Assembly: GCA_951406725.2 (NCBI GenBank) | Contig: OX597825.1 | Span: forward strand, 73,470,001 to 73,534,000 | From: Octopus vulgaris | Lineage: Eukaryota | Length of the DNA stretch: 64,000 nucleotides | Direction: 5' to 3' | Part shown: positions 55,930-64,000 of the stretch, one piece after another | Layout: every line of letters begins with the position of its first letter | Numbering within the stretch: the stretch's first letter is position 1 | Made by a program: the position numbers and the translations under genes | Notes under the pieces: model-generated | What the model saw: the letters and a program-made list of their open reading frames with translations, nothing else | Database searches by the model: none | Told to the model about the DNA's origin: nothing

Positions 55930-56160
55930 TTCCTTAGAAAATACAGCTTCCAAAATATGTAACTTTATTGATGTACTCGAGTTTGTCTTGTCTGAGATTA
56001 ACAAGTTGGGCTTGGGTTCCACCAATTGACATGGCTTTGGTCTTTTCAGCACTAATCTGCAAACCTGCTTCTGCTCCCAAATTGCATAGTCTGTCATGGC
56101 CTGCAGCGTATCTCTGATGGAACCTAGTAATGCCAAGTTGTCTGCGAAATCCAAATCCTA
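55930..56160 (-). mobile_element. RTE-like LINE RT core fragment
   Basis: LDFADNLALLG (degenerate YADD motif), then frameshifted GLQISAEKTK and TYFGSCI motifs. Confidence 0.7.
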
Positions 56161-57166
56161 GCCCTAACTACTATTCCTAATCCTTCATCTCCTGATCATC
56201 CTTCCACTGGAACTCTCCTCCCTGTGCATGTCTTCCCTGCAGTTGTTGGTCCCCTCTTCTGCAATAGCTTAAAGGAAACAAATAACAGAATCAGGTTCAC
56301 TGGTGTGGGAGTGAGGGGAAAAATAGGGAACCTTCTTCAAAATCCAACCCTAGACCTCATTGTGATGGGAAGTTAAATGAGTGAATGTCAGATTTATACC
56401 ATTGGGATTTTGAGTCTCTGGTAGGGTCACCCAAGGTAGACAGGTTTGACACTGGCAGTGCTAGGGCCACAAGCCGGCTAACTGTAAGGGAATGGAGAAT
56501 TCCAGGTAGTGTCTGCTGTAGAATCTGATGGCTTCCTAGTGGCATTGGATCATGTCTTCAGGTATTCTGCGGTGAGAAGGTTTAACATGAGGATGACCTG
56601 CCACTGGTCATGTATGGTGTCTTACAAATACAGGTAGGAACTGTTTTTGTGGACTTTAATCATCCCTTGAAAATCCTGTGAACTCACCTGTGACATGGTG
56701 AACTCAGTAGGAACTGGTTTAACTCCTCCAGGGTAAATGCTATTGCGACAACAGCAACAAGAAAAATAAAGAAGAGGGAACAAAGAAGAAGGAAGTGAAG
56801 GAATGAAAAAAATGAAGAGCTAGAAAAGCACTCGGAGAGCGCAGACCTCCGCCAAGCAGCTCATTTCCACCCAATACATGCATGCTGAAAATCGCCCAAT
56901 TTCCCAAACCAACGCTGGCAAAATCATAACTTCTTGGCGGGGGTCAAAAAAAAAAAAAAATTACACAGCCATATGATTTTAAGAAAAAAAATCCCTTTTA
57001 AAAACGGGAATCATCTGAAGCAGTTCACAACCACCAACATCATCATCAGCAGCATTGTCATTGCTTCCACCTCAACCACATACACCGCCATCAATGTCAT
57101 CATGACAGTTACCTTGACAGTCACTTTCCCCATCACACAGCTAACACTATCATCAACACCACTATT

Positions 57167-57390
57167 ACCTATTTCTTTATTACCCACAAGGAGCTAAACA
57201 TAGATGGGACAAACAAGGACAGACAAAGGGATTAAGTCGATTATATCGACCCCAGTGCATAACTGGTACTTAATTTATCAACCCCGAAAGGATGAAAGGC
57301 AAAGTCGACCTCGGCGGAATTTGAACTCAGAATGTAGTGGCAGACGAAATACCGCAAAGCATTTCGCCCGGCGTGCTAACGATTCTGCCA
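57167..57390 (-). mobile_element. SINE family B
   Basis: Reverse complement of family B. Confidence 0.85.
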
Positions 57391-58344
57391 TACCACCATC
57401 ACCTCAGCATCACATATCACACCACTCCTGTCGCCATTATAACCACCGATACTATTTTATCCTCCTCCCATACTTATCTCGACCATCGTCATCATCAACA
57501 CTGTCTTTAAACAGCAACGCCACCATAGGTTACGTGGAAACGATGTGTTTTCAAGGGAGATAATCAAAGAATGTAACATTGTAATACTTCATGTAAAGTA
57601 AATATAACAAATGAAAAATCCTTCAAGAATCCGTAAGAATTCTCGAATCACTACCAAAATTTCATCATTTGTTCCTTGTGTCATTACTAACTTTTCCAGC
57701 ATCTTTCATCAAATACCGTTTGCAACTTTTTGAGTTATTTTGCCCACAGACGGACAGACGGACAAACCAATGCTGATGAAAACATGACCTCTTTCCTTTG
57801 CGAAGGTAATAAGGAAAGGAAAAGAGAAGAGAAAGAAGTAAAAGAAACAAATTAATGATGGCAATAATAGGGATGACAGAGAGTAAGGAAGAAGAGAGAG
57901 AGAGAGAGGTCAGTGAATTGAGTGAGAGAATGAGAAAGAGAGAGAGAATGACAAAAGACAGAAAGAGAGAGAGAGAGAGACAAAAGACAGAAAGAGAGAG
58001 AAAGAGAGAGCAAGAGTGGGAGACTCTGTTAGAGAGAAAGATATACGGAAAGATCTATGAAACTAGAATGTGAAATAGTTGTCCAATAATTGCCAGAAAG
58101 AGATACACACACACATACATACATACGTACATACATACAAAGATACACATATATATACATACATACATACATACATACATACACATATATATACATACAC
58201 ACACATTTACATACATACATACATACATACCATATACATACATACATACATACATACATACTTACATACATACATACATATATATATATATGTACATATC
58301 TATATGTATATATGTATGTGTGTATGTGTACATATGTGTATATA

Positions 58345-58386
<42 letters not shown>

Positions 58387-58592
58387 CACACACACACACG
58401 CACAGACACACATGAAGTATGTATGTATATATGTATATGTGTGTGTATGTTAGAATCATTAAAATGCTAAGGATAGTGCCAACATTTTCAAGTGAAACTG
58501 TTGCTAAGTAGTAAATGATTCTTCTCTGCTTGGTGTGTCTATGTGTATGTGAGTTGTGTAGGCATGCATACGTTTCTGTGTGAACTTGTGAA

Positions 58593-58666
<74 letters not shown>

Positions 58667-58985
58667 GGGGGTGGGGAAGGGTTTGGTTGAATATTCTGCA
58701 AGTAGATTTAATGACAATATTATAACTTTGGTTAGCACTGAAGATACCAGAACAATTACCTCAAAGTGATGGCAGGAAGAAAAATCTGGAAATAATCTTT
58801 TACTAATTAGGGTATTTTAATGAGGAATGGCTGAATAAAATTGAATGGTCATCTGAGAATCAAGAATGATTATCGTGGATGATATAATGGTCAAGTTTTA
58901 GATGCTAAAACAAAACTCTTTTTTACTTACCTATCTACCTACCTACCTGCCTACCTACCTACCTACGTACCTACATACATACATA

Positions 58986-59395
58986 TACTCTTATACTCTC
59001 TTACTTGTTTCAGTCATGTGGCTGTGGCCATGCTGGAGCACCACCGTGAGTCGAGCAAATCGACCCCAGGACTTATTCTTTGTAAGCCTAGTACCTATTC
59101 TATTGGTCTATTTTGCTGAACTGCTAAGTTTAGGGGATGTAAACACTCCAGCATTGGCTGTCAAGCGATGTTGGTGGTGGTGGTGGTGGGGGGACAAACA
59201 CAGACACACAAACATATACACACACATATAAACAATGGGCTTCCTTCAGTTTCCGTCTACCAAATCCACTCACAAGGCTTTGTTCGGCCCGAGGCTATAG
59301 TAGAAGACACTTGCTCAAGGTACCATGCAGTGGGACTGAACCATAACCATGTGGTTGGTATCGAAGCTACTTACCACACAGCCACTCCTACACCT
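58986..59395 (-). mobile_element. SINE family A
   Basis: Reverse complement of family A. Confidence 0.85.
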
Positions 59396-59400
59396 ATGTT

Positions 59401-59665
59401 AACATAAAGCTGAAGATCAATGAAAAAGAGAATAACTACGCTGACCTATTGAGAAATCTGCAGTTACTCTACCCAGATTACTAGTTCAGGTTTATACCTG
59501 TAATTATTGGGGCTCTGGCATATGTAACACACTGCCTAAATACCAATCTTGAGAAATTAGGCTTCTCAAAATCAGAAAGGAGAAAGCTAATTCAAAAACT
59601 ACAGATCCAATCCCTCACTGGAACTGTGAAAAATCTGTAAAACTTTCCAGAAGCTTACCATTTAA
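59401..59665 (+). mobile_element. R4/Dong-type non-LTR retrotransposon, restriction-like endonuclease C-terminal fragment
   Basis: KINEKENNYADLLRNLQLLYPDY*FRFIPVIIGALAYVTHCLNTNLEKLGF...IQSLTGTVK matches the EKxxKYxDL...PVIIGALG pattern. Confidence 0.75.
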
Positions 59666-59755
59666 TGATGTATGAGCATGTCTAGATATGTAACTATATG
59701 CATGAGAATACCTACATAAAACATATAACTCTGTACATGCATACATACATACATT

Positions 59756-60120
59756 GTGTGACCTTCTTCGGTCATGAATGACCATGGAATTGCACCTAGA
59801 AAGTTACCCTCCGAAGCACCAGTCTGGGCAAGGTTGTTTATGGAAGACCAGTAGTTGCCCATGCATACCAGCCTCCCCCTCTCCACACCACCAGTGTTAT
59901 CCAAGGGAAAGGCAAAGGCCGATACAGCTTGACACCAGTGACGTCGCAGCTCATTTATTAACGTGCAAGTGGCTGAGCACTCCACAGACACGTGTACCCT
60001 TAACGTAGTTCTCGGGGGAGATTCAACATGACACAATGTGTGACAAGGCTGGCCCTTTGAAAACAGGAAGAAAGAGTGAGAGAAAGTTGTGGGGAAAGAG
60101 TACAGCAGGTTTCACCCCCC
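59756..60120. mobile_element. Interspersed repeat, SINE-like
   Basis: Shares gtggctgagcactccacagacacgtgtacccttaa...gtgacaaggctggccctttgaa with 36450-36600 and, inverted, with 10900-10990. Confidence 0.55.
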
Positions 60121-60500
60121 CCCCTGCAGATGTCAGATTAGAATCTTCCTCTTCCTAGGGAGATGTCAAAATGACCACCAAGGATACCTTATTCCTGGCT
60201 GTAAGATGGCTGTTGATTCTAAACTCATGTAAAAACATGCTTGCCTCTGGAGTCTGAGAAAAAGGGTTCTGCAATTTCTTGCTGAATAACCTGTACAGGT
60301 GATTTTATAGGTTTTAGAAGGATCAAATGATTTTATTGGTTTTATAGGGATCAAATGTTTGTGTTGCACATTCAGCTTCACCAGCTTCACATAATCAGTT
60401 CATACGTGTATGAACGAGAGGCTTTGTACAGTTTCTCTAAGTATAATCACTCAAACAGTATTAATTGATCCAGGCCTATGGCAGAAGACACTTGAATGAA

Positions 60501-60733
60501 GGGCAGAGAGCTGGCAGAAATGTTAGCACGTCGGGCAAAATGCTTAGCGGTATTTCATCTGCCACTATGTTCTAAGTTCAAATTTCGCCGAGGTCGGCTT
60601 TGTGTTTCATCCTTTCAGGGTCGATAAACTAAGTACCAGTTATGTACTGGGGTCGATATAATCGACTTAATCCCTTTGTCTGTCCTTGTTTGTCTCCTCT
60701 ATGTTTAGCCCCTTGTGGGCAATAAAGAAATAA
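60501..60733 (+). mobile_element. tRNA-derived SINE family B
   Basis: gagctggcagaaatgttagc...agttcaaatttcgccgaggtcg...ggggtcgat...gggcaataaagaaat. About 10 copies in the window. Confidence 0.85.
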
Positions 60734-61364
60734 GAAGACGCTTGAACGAAGTCCCACAGAGTGGGACTGAACCCAAAACCCTGTGGGTGTGCAACAAACT
60801 TCTTAACCGCATGGCCATGACTGTGCTTTTGATCATATTTGCTTTATCAAAGAATATTTCAACTGAGAAAGGCCAAAAATAACTTTGAAATAAATGGTCC
60901 ATCATCAAGCCTGCCAATGCTTATATTGGAGATGCCAAAATTTGTGAACTTTTCTTGGCAGAAAAATGTCCTATTCTCATGCAAGAGTATAAATTACTCG
61001 AGAAAAAAAGCCAGAATTATTGTTGAAGTGTAGACATAAAACAAATATCGTCGCAACAATATCAAAGAGTTAGAGCCGGATGGTCAGGCAATAATTTTAA
61101 GAAGCAATCAGAAAGAATTAAGTAAACATCACGAGAAAAAGTCTGATAAAATTACTTTGACATCCATTGAGCAACAATTCCTAGCTATATATTTGTTTGT
61201 GTGTGCATGTGTGTGTATTTATGTGTGCATGTGTGGATGCATGCATGTAAGTGTGTGTGCATGTGTATATATACATGTAAATATCTGTATGTAATTTTTA
61301 CATACTGTATATGTATTTACACACATACACAAACACACATATGTATGTGTATATGTATACATGT

Positions 61365-61403
<39 letters not shown>

Positions 61404-62124
61404 TATCTACATCTATATCTATATATGTACACAGAGAGAGAAACAGAGAGAAGAGGGAAATACATATGTATGTATATATGTATACACACACACATATATA
61501 TATATCAGTATATATGTTAATGTATATGCATGGATGTTTATACACATACACATGTATATATATATGTGTGTATGTATCCATATGTCTACACATATGTTTA
61601 CAAATATGTATATGTGTTTATATGCATGTACATGTCCATATACATATGTGTATATATATATATATATATAAGAACATATATGTGCATATAACTATACATG
61701 CACATATATGTGCATATGCACATGCACGCACACACATGTACATGCACACACATACACAAACACACGCACACACAGAAACACACACACACATTTCTGTCTG
61801 AATTTATTGACAGGAGAAAAGAAAGTAGTCTCAACATGCAGAATAGTTTACATATGTTAATTTGTTCAGAGCTTAGGTTTTCCCCTTTATCCCTCTATCA
61901 CAGTTCTGAATGAAGGACTTAGGTTAATGATAAACTCAGATTAATAGCAAAGAGAGACCTAGCTTCAAATTGATTAATACATATATCATTATCAACATGA
62001 TATATATATATATATATATATATAAATAAGGGTGAGATCGTTAATTTAAATATCGATCTTATCAAGTGGCCAGCATGGGAATAAAAACCTTCAAAGGTGT
62101 AATAATTATTATTAAAAAAAAATA

Positions 62125-62264
62125 AGGGTATCTAAGATATACCACCGTGCTGGACATAGCAGCCAAAAGCTGCCACTACAACCAGATTAAATGAACATTT
62201 AATATGGTTTTAGAGTCAGGTTTTGGCTGCTCTTTCCAGCGTGGTAGTATCTCTTAGCTACCCT
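62125..62264. repeat. Imperfect long inverted repeat (about 70-bp arms)
   Basis: agggtatctaagatataccacc..gcagccaaaa..attaaatg aa catttaat..ttttggctgc..ggtagtatctcttagctaccct. Confidence 0.88.
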
Positions 62265-62271
62265 AAATTAT

Positions 62272-62327
<56 letters not shown>

Positions 62328-62334
62328 GTATAAT

Positions 62335-62473
62335 AGGCGGCGATCTGGCAGAAATGTTAGCGCGCCGGGCGAAATGCGTTGCCGTATTTCGTCTGTCGTT
62401 ATGTTCTGAGTTCAAATTCCGCCGAGGTCGACTTTGCCTTTCATCCTCTCGGGGTCGATAAATTAAGTACCAG

Positions 62474-62475
<2 letters not shown>
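62335..62475 (+). mobile_element. SINE family B, 3' truncated, CpG-rich
   Basis: Colinear with 60501-60733. Confidence 0.85.
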
Positions 62476-62515
<40 letters not shown>

Positions 62516-63538
62516 TTTGAACACCAAGAGGAGAGTGGAGATTTATTCACATCCAAAACTTTTTTATTAAAATGTTTTCTATAGCATATATAACATTGGC
62601 CAACATATGTTTCTGCTGCAGCAACTGCACACTGCTCTGTATCCAGTCCCACAGGAGATTTTCATTTCCATTTGTATGACCACATGCCATCACAGCTTTG
62701 TGGCTGCACGGCATTTTTTGTGATGTTTTGTATGTTTTGTTCCGTCACGCTTGTTTCTGTCATTGTCCTGTTCATTAATTAGCTATTCCCAGTGGTTTTT
62801 TGCCACTTGATTTGCTTGGCTAAACACTTGAAGTCGGTGCTCCAGCATGTCTGCAGCTCTCGTCCTGAAACAAGTAAATGATTAAACATGTGGTAGCCAT
62901 GCCTGGATAGGCTTGCATGATTATAACCACGATGATACAAAACAACAAACAACCACAACAACAAAACCCCTACTTTGAATCCGGAACCCAAAACCCAGTC
63001 TCTGGTAACCCCTATCTGTAAGTCCTCATCTGTTTTCATTTTTAATTATTTCATAGACAGGGTCATTTATGGTTGTAGTTAATAAATATAACGAACATTG
63101 ATCAATAATGAAAAGGAAAGAATTGATTTTCCCATTGCAAAGTCATTTGCTAATGCCGCAGGGTTTAATACAAATATCCAAAGAGACATTTGCTGCCACA
63201 GAACTTGGCATATCTCTTATAATGACTTGCTTTCTTTATTATTTTCCCAACAAGCTATCACAAACAGAATTTATTCATTATTTTTATTATTTGTTGATTT
63301 TTTTATTACATTTTGTTCTCCTGTCTTTTGTTGTTGTGTTTTGTTTTGTTTTTTTTGTCTGCAAGTCAAATAATCTTTCCTTGTTATCCATAGTAACAAG
63401 AACTGTGTTAACAAGAAACTCAGTAAAAGGACATAAATGATGCCAAACCATTATTGATGACAGAACTGCTGTCATTGAGGTTATATTACAGAAGTTACTT
63501 TTCCAACTCTATTTTTCAAATGCTTTATGCACATACAT

Positions 63539-63955
63539 AGGTGCATGTGTGGCAGAGTGGTAAGAAGCTTGCCTTCCAACCACATGGTTCTGGGTTCACT
63601 CCTACTGAGTGGCACCTTGGGAAAATGTCTTCTACTATAGCCTTGGGCTGACCAAAGCCTTGTGAATGGATTTGGTAGACAGAAACTGAAAGAAACCATT
63701 ACATATATATATATGTATATGTTTGTCTTTGTCTTTGTGTCTGTTTGTCCCTTCAACATCGCTTGACAGCCGATGTTGGTGTGTTTATGTCCCCATAACT
63801 TAGTGGCTCGGCAAAAGAAGCTGATAGAATAAGTACTAGGCTTACAAAGAACAAGTCTTGGGGTTGATTTCTTCAACTAAAACCCTTTAAGGAGGTGCTC
63901 CAGCATGGCCACAGTCAAATGACTGAAACTAGGAAAAGAATAAAAAAGTAAAAGT
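63539..63955 (+). mobile_element. SINE family A
   Basis: Colinear with 51050-51450. Confidence 0.85.
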
Positions 63956-64000
63956 ATACATGGGCACGTGTGCATGTATGCATGTAGCACTTTTTTTGTT

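Noticed and set aside
62595-62660. Minus-strand GAAAC ATAT GTT motif
   Set aside because: No upstream core or stem II is identifiable.

Overview
AT-rich, microsatellite-saturated eukaryotic DNA. The SINE families and (TA)n/(CA)n/(GAT)n density suggest a cephalopod, probably Octopus (inference from recall, no database search). Nearly all ORFs in the supplied track are artefacts of simple repeats. The only convincing host coding sequence is one 136-nt minus-strand exon (55112-55247) encoding the pore loop of a small-conductance Ca2+-activated K+ channel (SK/KCNN), so the window is probably all SK intron. The introns hold many tRNA-derived SINEs, RTE and R4/Dong LINE fragments, mariner elements and MITEs, a Penelope-like GIY-YIG remnant and a tRNA-Ala pseudogene. 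The most notable unannotated signal is a set of minimal type-I hammerhead ribozyme motifs, one with a compensatory G3-C8 core swap, plus long fold-back hairpins. Most of these lie in short elements inserted in or next to (TA)n tracts. Repeat boundaries are approximate.
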